64,000 nucleotides of DNA from an uncultured Gemmatimonadales bacterium (GCA_963722825.1 CAVROI010000001.1:1302427-1366426); one strand, 5' to 3'. Positions 42,366-51,914 are shown, numbered from the stretch's first letter. Numbers and translations: made by a program. Notes: generated by a model from the sequence alone, not told the origin.

Positions 42366-42410
42366 CTTCAGGCGAGCTTCACACTGGCTTCACCCGCTGG
42401 ACGCTATCGT
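42366..42410 (+). promoter_or_regulatory. Three CTTCA direct repeats at 11-bp period plus TATCGT -10-like box
   Basis: CTTCA at 42366, 42377, 42388; TATCGT at 42405. Confidence 0.55.
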
Positions 42411-42416
42411 GGCACC

Positions 42417-42833
42417 ATGCATCTACGCTCCGGACTACTCGTCACCCTGCTCCTCGCTGCCCCGGTCCTGGCTCGGGCCCAGACCAACCCGAGCCCCCGT
42501 CCGCTCGGCGTCACCGACAGCAGCGTGGCCTGGGGAAGACAACTCTTCCACGGCTCTGCCAACTGCGTCGCCTGTCATGGACAGGATGCGCGCGGCACCG
42601 ATGATGGTCCGGCACTGACCGGGGCGATCTGGCTGCACGGTCCCGGGACGTACGACTGGCTCATCGACCAGATCAAGCGCGGCCTGCCCGCGCACGAGAC
42701 GTGGACGAGGAAGCCGATGCCGATGCGTGGATGGTCGAATATGCCAGACGAGGATGTGCGCGCGGTCGCCGCCTACGTCTGGTCCATCACCCATCCACCA
42801 CGGCCGGCGCCGTCGAAGCCGCGCCCGGCCTGA
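42417..42833 (+). CDS. Monoheme c-type cytochrome
   Basis: Signal peptide, CVACH, PMP distal Met. Confidence 0.9.
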   Translation: MHLRSGLLVTLLLAAPVLARAQTNPSPRPLGVTDSSVAWGRQLFHGSANCVACHGQDARGTDDGPALTGAIWLHGPGTYDWLIDQIKRGLPAHETWTRKPMPMRGWSNMPDEDVRAVAAYVWSITHPPRPAPSKPRPA

Positions 42834-42835
42834 CC

Positions 42836-43120
42836 TCAGCCGCCCGCCGTCGGCCCGTTCTCGACGACATCCTCACCGACATCCCGGATGGTGTACGGAT
42901 CCTTTCCGGTCCGCGCCGTCCTCAGGATCAGCAAGCCGATGACGGCATTCCCCAGCCCCAGCCAGAGCCCGAGGTGGATCCTGTGGGACCAGGGCGGCCA
43001 TCCCTGCGCGTGGCGACCGATCAGGTCCAGCCCGACCAGTAAGGCGCCGGCCCCGAGGAGGAGTGGGCCAAGAATCCAGGCCAGCATGCGGAAGACGGGT
43101 TTGACGGGCGTCGATCTCAC
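42836..43120 (-). CDS. Small 2-TM membrane protein
   Basis: GTGA overlap, two hydrophobic helices. Confidence 0.6.
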   Translation of the reverse strand: MRSTPVKPVFRMLAWILGPLLLGAGALLVGLDLIGRHAQGWPPWSHRIHLGLWLGLGNAVIGLLILRTARTGKDPYTIRDVGEDVVENGPTAGG

Positions 43121-43731
43121 ACGAAGCCTTCACCGAGCAGGCTCGCCCCCGACGCGGTGACCTCGTGTAACTGGCCCGACCCTGCGGCCACCCGGGACCA
43201 GCTCTCGGTCATGAGCCGCAGTCGTTTGGCGGATGTGTCCCACCAGTACTTGAACCCGCCGTGCATCCCGTCGATAGGAAACCAAATGGGATCGTCCTGT
43301 GTCCCGGCCCCCACTTCGAGGGTCGGGAGGGCGACGCCGTCATCGCCGATGGAATCACCGGCGCGCGAGCGGATCAGTTGATGAAAGTGCGCCTGAATCC
43401 GATCGAGCTCCGACGCATCCTTCGAGACTCCATCCGCTGCGCCGGGCGCCAGCTCATTCAGCGCACGACGGAGGCCGGTCGTGAACTCGGGCGAAAGCAC
43501 ACCCGCCCGGATGGCCGCGGACATGAGGGACAGCAGCTCATCCTCGGGGAGATCGAGTGCCCGCGGCATCAACTTGCTGCCTTCCCACAAGGAAAAGCGG
43601 ATCTCGATCTGCTTTGCTTCCTTCACGAAGATCCGTTCGATCGCCACGAAGGACTTCTTGGACGAACCCGAGGGCAGCTTGGCCGTCGCGATTTCCTTCG
43701 CGTACTTGGTGTTCCTGAGCGGCTCGGTCAT
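43117..43731 (-). CDS. Two-domain hypothetical protein
   Basis: N-domain IERI..EIRFS..PRALDLPEDELL; linker; C-domain WFPIDGMHGGF..SWSRVAAGSGQLH. Confidence 0.75.
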   Translation of the reverse strand: MTEPLRNTKYAKEIATAKLPSGSSKKSFVAIERIFVKEAKQIEIRFSLWEGSKLMPRALDLPEDELLSLMSAAIRAGVLSPEFTTGLRRALNELAPGAADGVSKDASELDRIQAHFHQLIRSRAGDSIGDDGVALPTLEVGAGTQDDPIWFPIDGMHGGFKYWWDTSAKRLRLMTESWSRVAAGSGQLHEVTASGASLLGEGFV

Positions 43732-43735
43732 CGTG

Positions 43736-44665
43736 TCACCGGTTGTGTCGTCCCACGCCTAGCTCCGCCAGATCGGCCCCCCACCCCTCCCGGATGCTGG
43801 GGTACCGCGCGCGCCAGCCGCATGTCTCCCGTAGCCTACGATTGGACACCCGCTGCGATCGCGCCAGGGTCTCCCCAATCGAGCCGGCCAACCGCGCGAC
43901 CCAGGCCGGCGGCAACCTGGGCGGCGCCACGCCGAGAAGGGTGGCGATCGCCCCGAAGAGGTCGCGGCGCCGCATGGGCTCATCGTCGACGACGTTGTAC
44001 ACACCGGACGGCCCTTCCAGGAGCGCCACGACCGCAGACGCCGCGTCGTCGTGCGAAACCGAGGACATGAACCCTTCAGGCTTTCCAATCGCCGGGGCCC
44101 AGCCCCGCCTGACCAGTCTGATCGTCTCCCGGGTAAACTCGCTGTCGGGACCATAAAAGAGTCCGAATCGAGCCACGACGCCGATCCGCCCGCTCCGGGC
44201 GAAGCGCTCCGGGGCCGCCTCCGCGTCCAGTACAGAGCGGTTGTACCGCGCGGGCCGGACCGGCGCGGTCTCGTCGATCCACTCATCGCCCATGTCGGGA
44301 TAGATGGGCGCGAACGATTCCTGGAGAAATCGTTCCGCGCCGGCGGCGAGCGCGGCCTCGACGATATTTGCCGAGCCGATGCTCCGGATACGGTCGTTTT
44401 CCCGCCATGCGCCCGGCAGGAACGCCCGTGAGCTTGGAGGGATGTGGGTGGCGAGGTTGAGCACGGCCTGGTGGCCCCGCATTGCCGCTCGCAAGGCCGG
44501 TTGATCGAAGAGCCCCGCGGTGGTCGGGCTCGCCCCGACCTGCTGCAGCCGGTCTTGGCTCTCCGCGGAGCGGGCCATTGCCGTCACCGAGTGACCAAGC
44601 GCCAGGAGTCGTGGGACGACCCGCCGACCGATCACCCCGGTCGCTCCCGTCACGAATACCCTCAT
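43736..44665 (-). CDS. NAD-dependent epimerase/dehydratase family
   Basis: VTGATGVIG, RFGLFYGP, YNVVDDEP. Confidence 0.9.
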   Translation of the reverse strand: MRVFVTGATGVIGRRVVPRLLALGHSVTAMARSAESQDRLQQVGASPTTAGLFDQPALRAAMRGHQAVLNLATHIPPSSRAFLPGAWRENDRIRSIGSANIVEAALAAGAERFLQESFAPIYPDMGDEWIDETAPVRPARYNRSVLDAEAAPERFARSGRIGVVARFGLFYGPDSEFTRETIRLVRRGWAPAIGKPEGFMSSVSHDDAASAVVALLEGPSGVYNVVDDEPMRRRDLFGAIATLLGVAPPRLPPAWVARLAGSIGETLARSQRVSNRRLRETCGWRARYPSIREGWGADLAELGVGRHNR

Positions 44666-44749
44666 GGCGACTGCCTCGCGGTGCTGCCCCCTCGATGATA
44701 ATCGGCAATCAACCGGGATGACATTGGAGGCATGGCACGAAGGGGACGA

Positions 44750-45214
44750 TCATCCGCCCACGGTCGCCATGCATTCCAGCTCGAGGCGCGCGCCGAGCGC
44801 CAGGCCGGTCGTGCCGAACGCGCTGCGGGCCGGGACGTGGGCAGTGAAGAACTGCACGTACACTTCGTTCATGGCGGCCCATTCTCCGATATCCGCGAGC
44901 ATCACCGTGCACTTCACCACGCGATCCATGGAAGAGCCGTGGCGAGCCAGCACTGCGGAGATGTTGGTGAGTGCCTGTCGCGTCTCGGGCCCGATCCCGC
45001 CGGGCACCAGCCGGCCTGTGCTGTCGGTCCCCAGCTGACCCGAGAGGTAGAGCATGTCGCCCACCCGCACGGACTCGGCAAAGGGAAGCGGACGATCGCC
45101 GGACACCGCGAAATATTCCACGGCCGGGGCGGCCGGAGTATGGCCCGCGCACGCGGCCATCAGAAGGAGGAGGAGAGCCCACCGGCCCACCTTCACGCTC
45201 GCAAGACGGTGCAT
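44750..45214 (-). CDS. RidA family protein with lipoprotein signal
   Basis: LYLSGQLG, MNEVY, PARSA, LELEC; leader LLLLLMAAC. Confidence 0.9.
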   Translation of the reverse strand: MHRLASVKVGRWALLLLLMAACAGHTPAAPAVEYFAVSGDRPLPFAESVRVGDMLYLSGQLGTDSTGRLVPGGIGPETRQALTNISAVLARHGSSMDRVVKCTVMLADIGEWAAMNEVYVQFFTAHVPARSAFGTTGLALGARLELECMATVGG

Positions 45215-45252
45215 CGAACACCTCCCATCGAGGGCGTTCACGTTGTAGCGGG

Positions 45253-45855
45253 TCAGGGACGGCGCAAGCCGGGGAACGCGTCCAACGGAATGCCGGACGC
45301 ACAGAGCGGGCAGGCCTCCGGAAGCCACGACCGGTAAGCCTGCCGGGCCACCGCTTCGATGGGCACGTCCTGCAGTGCGAAGAAGTCGGCGCCCACCGAT
45401 CCGAGAACCAGGAGCGCACCCGCCACGACCACCACGCCGCCGCAGGCGCGAATTTCGTCGAAGGTTGCACGAAGCGCCGAGCCGGTGCTCATCACGTCGT
45501 CAACGACGGCACAGCGCTTTCCGGCCACGCGGGGAACGAGCGCCCCTGGCAACAAATAGCGCGCCCGGAACAGCCCATCGCCCGCCGGCGGCACCTCGCG
45601 CTCCGTATACGCGAACTCGACACCCAGTTCGCGCGCCGCGAGCTGCGCCAGAAAGGCGCCTCCCAGCAGGGGCCCGCACACCACCGATACGTCGAACTCA
45701 CGGAGAGACGCGACGAGCGAGCCGACGATGGGCTCGATCTTCTGCGTGTCGGCAAAGAGTGCGTCGAGGTCGAGCCACCATTCACCATGGTAGCCCGACT
45801 CCAGGCGGAAATGACCGCGCCGTCCACCGACCAGGTCGAGGAACGTGGCTGACAC
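45253..45855 (-). CDS. Type I phosphoribosyltransferase (PyrE-like)
   Basis: GHFRLESG, VVDDVMSTGS, CPLC. Confidence 0.85.
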   Translation of the reverse strand: MSATFLDLVGGRRGHFRLESGYHGEWWLDLDALFADTQKIEPIVGSLVASLREFDVSVVCGPLLGGAFLAQLAARELGVEFAYTEREVPPAGDGLFRARYLLPGALVPRVAGKRCAVVDDVMSTGSALRATFDEIRACGGVVVVAGALLVLGSVGADFFALQDVPIEAVARQAYRSWLPEACPLCASGIPLDAFPGLRRP

Positions 45856-45863
45856 TCTCTCCT

Positions 45864-47120
45864 CTATTCCTCCCGTACCTCCGCCAGGCGCTGCTCGAGA
45901 AACCGCCGCTCCGGTTCCAGCCGTGTCATCTGGAGTGCCCGTTGGTACGAGGCGCGCGCGTCGGCGGTTCTGCCGAGGCGCCGGCAGAGGTCTGCTCGCG
46001 CCGAGTGCGCGAGATGATAATCGTCGAGATCTCCGCGTGCCAGAATGTCATCGATCAGCGCGAGGCCGGCCAGCGGCCCGTCGCGCATCGCCACCGCGGC
46101 CGCCCGGTTCAGCGCGACGACGGACGACGGGTCGGCCCGCGCCAGGACATCGTAGAGTCCGACGATCTGGGCCCAGTCGGTCGCGGCCGCGTTCGGGGCC
46201 TCGGCATGTACCGCGGCGATTGCCGCCTGTAGCGTGTATGGGCCGAACCGGCGCGACCGGATCGCCCGCTCGACCAGTGCCGAGCCCTCCGCGATCAGCT
46301 CCCGGTTCCAGCGCGAGCGGTCCTGTTCATCGAGCAACACCAGGTCGCCTCCGGATGAGGCGCGGGCGGCGCGGCGCGATTCGGTCAGCAGCATCAACGC
46401 CAGGAGCCCCATGGCCTCGGGCTCCGGCAGCAGCCCGGCCAGCAGCCGGCCCAGTCGGATTGCCTCGCGCGAGAGATCGGACCGTGTCAGGGACTCGCCC
46501 GACGTGGCCGAGTACCCCTCGTTGAATACGAGATAGACGACGTGGAGCACCCGGTCCAACCGGTCGGGAAGGTCGGACCGCGAGGGCATCTCATACGGAA
46601 TCCGCGCGTCACGTATCTTGGCCTTGGCGCGGACGATCCTCTGGGCGACCGTAGGGGGCGTGGTGAGGAAGGCGCGCGAGACCTCCTCGGTCGTGAGACC
46701 ACAGACCTCGCGCAACGTGAGCGCCACCTGCGCGTCCGGCGACAGCGCCGGATGGCAGCACGTGAAGATCAGCCGCAGCTGGTCGTCCTCGACCCCTCGG
46801 TCGTCCAATCCGGCGGGATCAAACGTGGTGGCCTCGAGCTCGTCGACGAGCTTGGCGACCGACGCGTCGAACCGGACGCGGCGCCGGATGGCGTCAATGG
46901 CTTTGAACCGCCCGGCGGACACGAGCCATGCCCGGGGATTGGCCGGCAGACCATCCCGGGGCCACAGCTCCACCGCTGCCATGAAGGCATCGTGCAGCGC
47001 CTCCTCGGCGAGATCGAAGTCGCCGAGCAGGCGGATCAGCGTCGCGAGGACCCGGCGAGACTCGGAGCGGTAGATCCCTTCCACCTGCTCCCGCATCCGG
47101 TCGGCCGCGTCCTCGCTCAC
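45864..47120 (-). CDS. ECF sigma factor with C-terminal extension (ECF42-like)
   Basis: LIFTCCHPAL, AQRIVRAK, YLVFNEGY, QAAIAAVH; next to YciI/DGPF gene. Confidence 0.92.
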   Translation of the reverse strand: MSEDAADRMREQVEGIYRSESRRVLATLIRLLGDFDLAEEALHDAFMAAVELWPRDGLPANPRAWLVSAGRFKAIDAIRRRVRFDASVAKLVDELEATTFDPAGLDDRGVEDDQLRLIFTCCHPALSPDAQVALTLREVCGLTTEEVSRAFLTTPPTVAQRIVRAKAKIRDARIPYEMPSRSDLPDRLDRVLHVVYLVFNEGYSATSGESLTRSDLSREAIRLGRLLAGLLPEPEAMGLLALMLLTESRRAARASSGGDLVLLDEQDRSRWNRELIAEGSALVERAIRSRRFGPYTLQAAIAAVHAEAPNAAATDWAQIVGLYDVLARADPSSVVALNRAAAVAMRDGPLAGLALIDDILARGDLDDYHLAHSARADLCRRLGRTADARASYQRALQMTRLEPERRFLEQRLAEVREE

Positions 47121-47137
47121 CGATGATCCTGTCTGGT

Positions 47138-47494
47138 CTATTGCTTGTCGAATTCCATGATCGGCCGGACCTCCACACAGCCCGACCGCGCCGACGGAAT
47201 CTTCGAGGCCACCTGAATCGCGTCGTTCAGATCCTTGGCACTGATGAGATAGAAGCCGCCCAGCTGCTCCTTCGTCTCCGCGAACGGACCGTCGGTCGTG
47301 GACAGCTTTCCGTTCCGGATCCGAACAGTCGTTGCCGTCCCAACCGGCTGGAGTGCTTCCCCGCCCAGATAGTGACCACTTTTCCGCACTCCCTCGGTGA
47401 AGGCGAAGTACTCACCCAGGAAGGCGTTCGAGTCGCTCTGCGACATGGCGCTGAGCTTCTTCTCCTCGTCGTAGATCAGGCACAGATATTTCAT
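47138..47494 (-). CDS. YciI (DGPF) family protein
   Basis: TDGPFAETKEQLGGFY, VEVRPI. Confidence 0.93.
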   Translation of the reverse strand: MKYLCLIYDEEKKLSAMSQSDSNAFLGEYFAFTEGVRKSGHYLGGEALQPVGTATTVRIRNGKLSTTDGPFAETKEQLGGFYLISAKDLNDAIQVASKIPSARSGCVEVRPIMEFDKQ

Positions 47495-47536
47495 GACCCC
47501 CTCCGCGTTGTGATGGAACGACCATGGATGCCCCTA

Positions 47537-47563
47537 GTCGTTCGGGAGGTTCCCAATTCGACA
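47537..47563 (-). promoter_or_regulatory. ECF42-type promoter
   Basis: TGTCGA-17 bp-CGAC upstream of the DGPF-sigma operon. Confidence 0.7.
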
Positions 47564-47570
47564 AGAGAAG

Positions 47571-48056
47571 TCATTCGGGCGGAGGCGTCTGCGAATCCAA
47601 CGCGGCACGGCGCGCCTGTGCCAGGTACGCGGGCGGCAGATCCATGAGACTCGCGAACTTGCGGACCAGATGGGTTTCGTGATCGCTGAGCCGGCCATCG
47701 GCGAGAATCACTCCCCACATCACTTCGGCCAGGACCATCTTCTGACCAAGGTCGTATTCCGCCGCGATGAGACGGGTGAACTGAAAGTGGTCGAGCGACT
47801 GGCTCCGTTCCGCCTCCGCCAGGCGCAGGAACTCGGCGCTCTTCGCCTCGTCCAGTCCGAAGTGGCGCACCAGTGTTCGCTCGAGGTGCTCCCGTTCCTC
47901 GAGGCTGAACTCGCCGTCGGCATGGGCCAGCTCGAGCAGCAGCGCGCACGCGGCAAGCTCCACGCGCGATGGTCCGGCTGGCGAGCCTGGGCCACCGCGC
48001 TCCGGCGCACCGCCGACCAGATGATCACCGACAAAGCGCCGGATGGCGTCGAGCAT
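47571..48056 (-). CDS. TerB family protein
   Basis: LLLELAHADGEFSLEE, ADGRLSDHE. Confidence 0.88.
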   Translation of the reverse strand: MLDAIRRFVGDHLVGGAPERGGPGSPAGPSRVELAACALLLELAHADGEFSLEEREHLERTLVRHFGLDEAKSAEFLRLAEAERSQSLDHFQFTRLIAAEYDLGQKMVLAEVMWGVILADGRLSDHETHLVRKFASLMDLPPAYLAQARRAALDSQTPPPE

Positions 48057-48098
48057 TCCAGTCTCCCGCGTAGACAGGGCGTAAGGGTTCAGGCCAGT

Positions 48099-48455
48099 TC
48101 AACGACGACTTCGCAGGCTCGCTTGGCGCAAGCGGTTGGCATGTCGCCATCCGCGCGTGGTAGCCCGTACGGCGCCCATGAACGAGACGGACAGACACAT
48201 GGCAACGTAGCCCGCCTCCGGCAGGCCGGACAGGAACTGGAGGCCAATCGCCACCGCGCAGAGCACCACATCGAAGCGGACAAGGTCCTCGCCGCAGACG
48301 GCGTTGGCGTCGAACCAGATCGCGGGATCGGCGAAGGTGGCGGGCACGCGGAGCCCGTACCAGCGATTGGGCGGCACTCGGCGGCGCGCCAGCGGCCATC
48401 CGACAGCAATGCTCAGCAGGCCGAATGCTGGAAACGCGAGGTGCGACAGCGGCAA
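48099..48455 (-). CDS. SdpI family membrane protein
   Basis: PPNRWYGLRVPAT..W..AN; TTG start after GGAGGA. Confidence 0.8.
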   Translation of the reverse strand: MPLSHLAFPAFGLLSIAVGWPLARRRVPPNRWYGLRVPATFADPAIWFDANAVCGEDLVRFDVVLCAVAIGLQFLSGLPEAGYVAMCLSVSFMGAVRATTRGWRHANRLRQASLRSRR

Positions 48456-48583
48456 GGCCGGTTCCTCCGCATTGAGCCCGCAGCGACGCCGTTGGACGCC
48501 GCACCCCCTCCACCCCATTTTCCCCGAGACGCTCGACCACGATCAGCACCCCGGCGCGATGCCGCCGACCCTGCCGAGCGTCT

Positions 48584-49582
48584 TCATTCGCCTTCCGGGC
48601 GATTCCCGCCCGCGACCCGCACAAACGCCGCCATACCATCGAGCAGGAGCGGCGCCACCGCGAGAGTCGAATCGACGTACGCCGCCCGCTGCTGCGGCAA
48701 TCCTCCGGTGACGATCTTGAGCACATGATTCATGGCGGGTACCCGGAGATACGTCGCATCCGGTTTCACCGCGTGCAGGGCCGAGCCCTCGGCAGTGTCC
48801 ACCTGAAGGTCGGCCATGCCCTGCACGATGAGCACCGGGATGGACAGCCCGTGCACCACACTTGCCGGGTCGTACTTGAACCATGAGATGAGATAGGATT
48901 GCACGCTCGGCCGGTACAGCACCTGGAGCTCCGCGGGCACCGAGTCCGTCCGTTCACCGTGCTCGAGTGCCTCGAGAATCCGCTCGTTCTCCTCCGCCAA
49001 CCGTCCCGTGAGCTTCGAGCGGAGCTGCCGGCGCAGGAGATCGGAGGCGCGATGGGCGGGTCCGGCGAGAGAAATGTACCCGTCGGCCCCCGTCTTTCTG
49101 GCCGCGAGCGCCATGATCAGGGCACCTTCGCTGTGGCCCAGCGCGAAGACCTGGTCGAAGCGCGGATCCCGACGAAGTTGCTTCAGCCAAGCCTCGGCGT
49201 CCGCCACGTAGGATTCGAGCGTCAGGTCCGACTCGGCGGTCATCGCCGGCGCGCTCCCGCCTAGGCCGCGCTTGTCCACGCGCAGCGTCGCGATGCCCCG
49301 AACAGCCAATCCCTCGGCCAGAAGGCGGAGACTGTTGTTCTTACCCGGGAGCAGCGCGCTGTTCCCGTCGCGGTCGGTGGGCCCCGAGCCGGGATGCATG
49401 AACACGACCGGAACATGCGAAGCACCCGACGGCACCAGCAGTGTTCCCCGCAGTGTTCCGGTCGCCGTGACCAGCGCGACCGAGTCGGATACGAATGAGG
49501 CGCGCTCCGTCCGGTCCTGCGCCCCTGCCGAGTGGGCGCCGAGCACGAATGAGACGGTCGCCGACAGCCACACGCCGTTCAT
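48584..49582 (-). CDS. Secreted alpha/beta hydrolase
   Basis: GSGPTDRDGN, GHSEG, MNHVLK. Confidence 0.9.
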   Translation of the reverse strand: MNGVWLSATVSFVLGAHSAGAQDRTERASFVSDSVALVTATGTLRGTLLVPSGASHVPVVFMHPGSGPTDRDGNSALLPGKNNSLRLLAEGLAVRGIATLRVDKRGLGGSAPAMTAESDLTLESYVADAEAWLKQLRRDPRFDQVFALGHSEGALIMALAARKTGADGYISLAGPAHRASDLLRRQLRSKLTGRLAEENERILEALEHGERTDSVPAELQVLYRPSVQSYLISWFKYDPASVVHGLSIPVLIVQGMADLQVDTAEGSALHAVKPDATYLRVPAMNHVLKIVTGGLPQQRAAYVDSTLAVAPLLLDGMAAFVRVAGGNRPEGE

Positions 49583-50031
49583 TACTCGAACCGGGCGCAG
49601 GTGGCCGTCCGTTCCCGGAGCACGGCTTCCTGCCGAAAGCGGCGCTTGTATTCGGCGACGACCTCCTCCAGCGCACGCCGTGTGGAGTCGTCTCCGGCGT
49701 GAAGCAGCGTCACCACCTCGGATCGCTCCTGCTCGACGACCCCGCTCTCGCCCCGCCATCGTCCCGTGGCCTCGACGACCGTGAGTCCTGCGGGAAAGCG
49801 CGGCGTGAAGACCTCATCCAGGAATCGTTGCCACTCCCCGTCGGTCACGGTTCCGCCGCCGGGGCGGTTGCGTCCGAAATACACGACCTCCCGAACCATG
49901 GCCGTGTCGCCCACCGCGCAACTCGCTGCCGGCATGGGGCTCGGCGCAACAGCGCGGGCGCAGGCGACCGTCATGGCCAGGACACTTGCGGCGAGCGAGC
50001 CCTTCACGTGGTCGAGGCCTGAAGTCGTCAT
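49582..50031 (-). CDS. DUF3574 family protein
   Basis: YFGR, FTPRFPAGLTV, YKRRFRQEAV. Confidence 0.88.
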   Translation of the reverse strand: MTTSGLDHVKGSLAASVLAMTVACARAVAPSPMPAASCAVGDTAMVREVVYFGRNRPGGGTVTDGEWQRFLDEVFTPRFPAGLTVVEATGRWRGESGVVEQERSEVVTLLHAGDDSTRRALEEVVAEYKRRFRQEAVLRERTATCARFE

Positions 50032-50678
50032 CGGAGCGCAGCGAGCTCGCCGCTGGTCCATTCCAGGATCAGCGGCGACTCGCCGCGAAAGTCGCTGTAC
50101 CGGAGCCAGCTCGGCCGCACACGAACATGGATCAGGCCGGGCCAGCTCAGGCGCTGTCGCCCGTCGGGGAATGTCCGAAAATACAGCTCCTGCGCCTCGC
50201 CCAGCTCCTGGCCGACCGGGCGGTCGGCGACCCCCTCGTACTGCACGGTCTCGTCCTGGCCTTCGACGAAACCTCCGATGACCATGGCGATGCGAGGCTC
50301 GTTGTCGAGATTCCGTGCTTTCCGGCTGCCGGCGAGCGTGTCGAACACGATCTCGAACTCGTCGGACACGGCGATCCCGACCACCGCGGCTTGCACATTT
50401 CCGGCGGGGCCGGCCGATGCCTGCGCCGCATAGCGATGGTGCCGGAGGAACGACAGCAAAGCGGAGCGGCTCAGCGGCGACGAGGTGCCGCGCTCGCATT
50501 GGGGGCACCGCAGGGTCGTGCCCAGCCGGCCCACACGGCCTTCGGCCGTGATGACCCACTCTCGAACCTGCCACGGGGGATCGTGGCGCACGTGCTGAGC
50601 ATGTCCGCACTCGAGATCCGCCACCCACTGTGCCTGTTCGTCTTGATGAAAGCCGACGATTCTGCGCTCCATGTTCAC
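50028..50678 (-). CDS. DUF3565-like domain fused to a pyridoxamine-5'-phosphate-oxidase-like domain
   Basis: GFHQD..WVADLECGH.QHVRHDPPW..CPQC; then FDTLAGSRKARNL, TVQYEG. Confidence 0.82.
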   Translation of the reverse strand: MNMERRIVGFHQDEQAQWVADLECGHAQHVRHDPPWQVREWVITAEGRVGRLGTTLRCPQCERGTSSPLSRSALLSFLRHHRYAAQASAGPAGNVQAAVVGIAVSDEFEIVFDTLAGSRKARNLDNEPRIAMVIGGFVEGQDETVQYEGVADRPVGQELGEAQELYFRTFPDGRQRLSWPGLIHVRVRPSWLRYSDFRGESPLILEWTSGELAALR

Positions 50679-50691
50679 GAATCAATCCGGC

Positions 50692-50994
50692 TCAGGCACG
50701 TCCGCGGATCTTCGCCAGCCACCAGCGAAGCCCGACCAGCAGGAAGCGCCAGTCGTGGAAGAACTCGGGCGGCTTCCCCTCCACGGCATGCCCGATGAAC
50801 TGAAACGCCCAACCGAGGACGAAGAGCGCCGTCGGCAGTGGCCACATGCCACGAACGAAGGGCGCTGCGACGAAGAGGGGGACCGACAGCGCAATGAGGG
50901 GAATCCCGAGCGTGTGGCAGAGGCGATTGATCGGGTGCTGATGGCTCCCACCGTACTGCCTGATCCATTCATCCCAGGACTTCCCGCCGAGCAT
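50692..50994 (-). CDS. DUF962/Mpo1-like membrane protein
   Basis: HQHPINRLCH, QFIGHAVEGKPP. Confidence 0.9.
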   Translation of the reverse strand: MLGGKSWDEWIRQYGGSHQHPINRLCHTLGIPLIALSVPLFVAAPFVRGMWPLPTALFVLGWAFQFIGHAVEGKPPEFFHDWRFLLVGLRWWLAKIRGRA

Positions 50995-51108
50995 CGCCGC
51001 CTCCCGAAGTCGCGCTGAAGTGGGGATCGTCGAGCAGCCGGCCTGGAGGCCATGGCGTCACGCCGGAGCGGTGCGAGTGGGACCGCCGGTATGTGCGGCG
51101 GCGCCCCG

Positions 51109-51270
51109 TCAGGCGCGTGGTGGCTGGTCCGACGAGGGGGACTCGTCGCTCGTGGGGATCGTGGGCGGCGTGTCCACGCGATCGAGCTTGCGTTGCCGTT
51201 TCTCTTCTCGCTTCCGCTCGCGATTCAGTTCCTTCTGACGCTTCTCGAAGCCGTAGTTGCGCTTGGGCAT
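51109..51270 (-). CDS. 53 aa basic small protein (missed by ORF track)
   Basis: MPKRNYGFEKRQKELNRERKREEKRQRK...; GGAG RBS. Confidence 0.8.
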   Translation of the reverse strand: MPKRNYGFEKRQKELNRERKREEKRQRKLDRVDTPPTIPTSDESPSSDQPPRA

Positions 51271-51401
51271 GGACATGCTCCCGTAATGACGCGGAAGCTG
51301 TCACAGGCGGCAAGGTGCCGGCCACGAGCTTCGCGGATAATCCAAACTACCCAGGCGGCGTGCGCGGCGCTGCCCCAACCCGATCGATGAGTGCACCCCA
51401 C

Positions 51402-51914
51402 TCACGACAGGGGGCCGTGCGGCCTATCGGCCAATCGGCGCAACAACCGCGACCAGTCCGATCCACCCGCCGCCACGACGGCGGCGGCGAATCGGTCGCG
51501 CAGCTCCGACGCCTTCTTGGGCCCGAGGGCGGAAACCATCCGCCGGTGCGCCCGCTCCCACAGCGGAAAGGCTTGGGCCATGAGACGCTCACCGTCCGGG
51601 GTGAGCAGCGCCAGCCGGGTCCTGGCATCGTGGGGTGAGCGGGACAGGCGGACGAGCCCCGCCTTCGCCAGCGGTCGCAGGTTGCGTGACAATGTCGTCC
51701 GGTCCATCACCAGAAAATCGGCCATCCCCCCCATCCCGGCGCCGCCTTCACCGCTCAATGCGATGGCGTTGAGCAGCATCAGCTGCGAAGCATGGATCCC
51801 GACCGGTCTGAGGACGTCATCGTATTGCCGGGTCAGGGCGCGCGAGAGACGCCGGGCGTGGAACGAGAGGCATTCCTCGGCCATCAGAAGGGCACCACGA
51901 GGCGGTTGTCTCAT
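51402..51914 (-). CDS. MarR family transcriptional regulator
   Basis: C..RRLSRALTRQYD, MDRTTLSRNL, LTPDG. Confidence 0.9.
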   Translation of the reverse strand: MRQPPRGALLMAEECLSFHARRLSRALTRQYDDVLRPVGIHASQLMLLNAIALSGEGGAGMGGMADFLVMDRTTLSRNLRPLAKAGLVRLSRSPHDARTRLALLTPDGERLMAQAFPLWERAHRRMVSALGPKKASELRDRFAAAVVAAGGSDWSRLLRRLADRPHGPLS

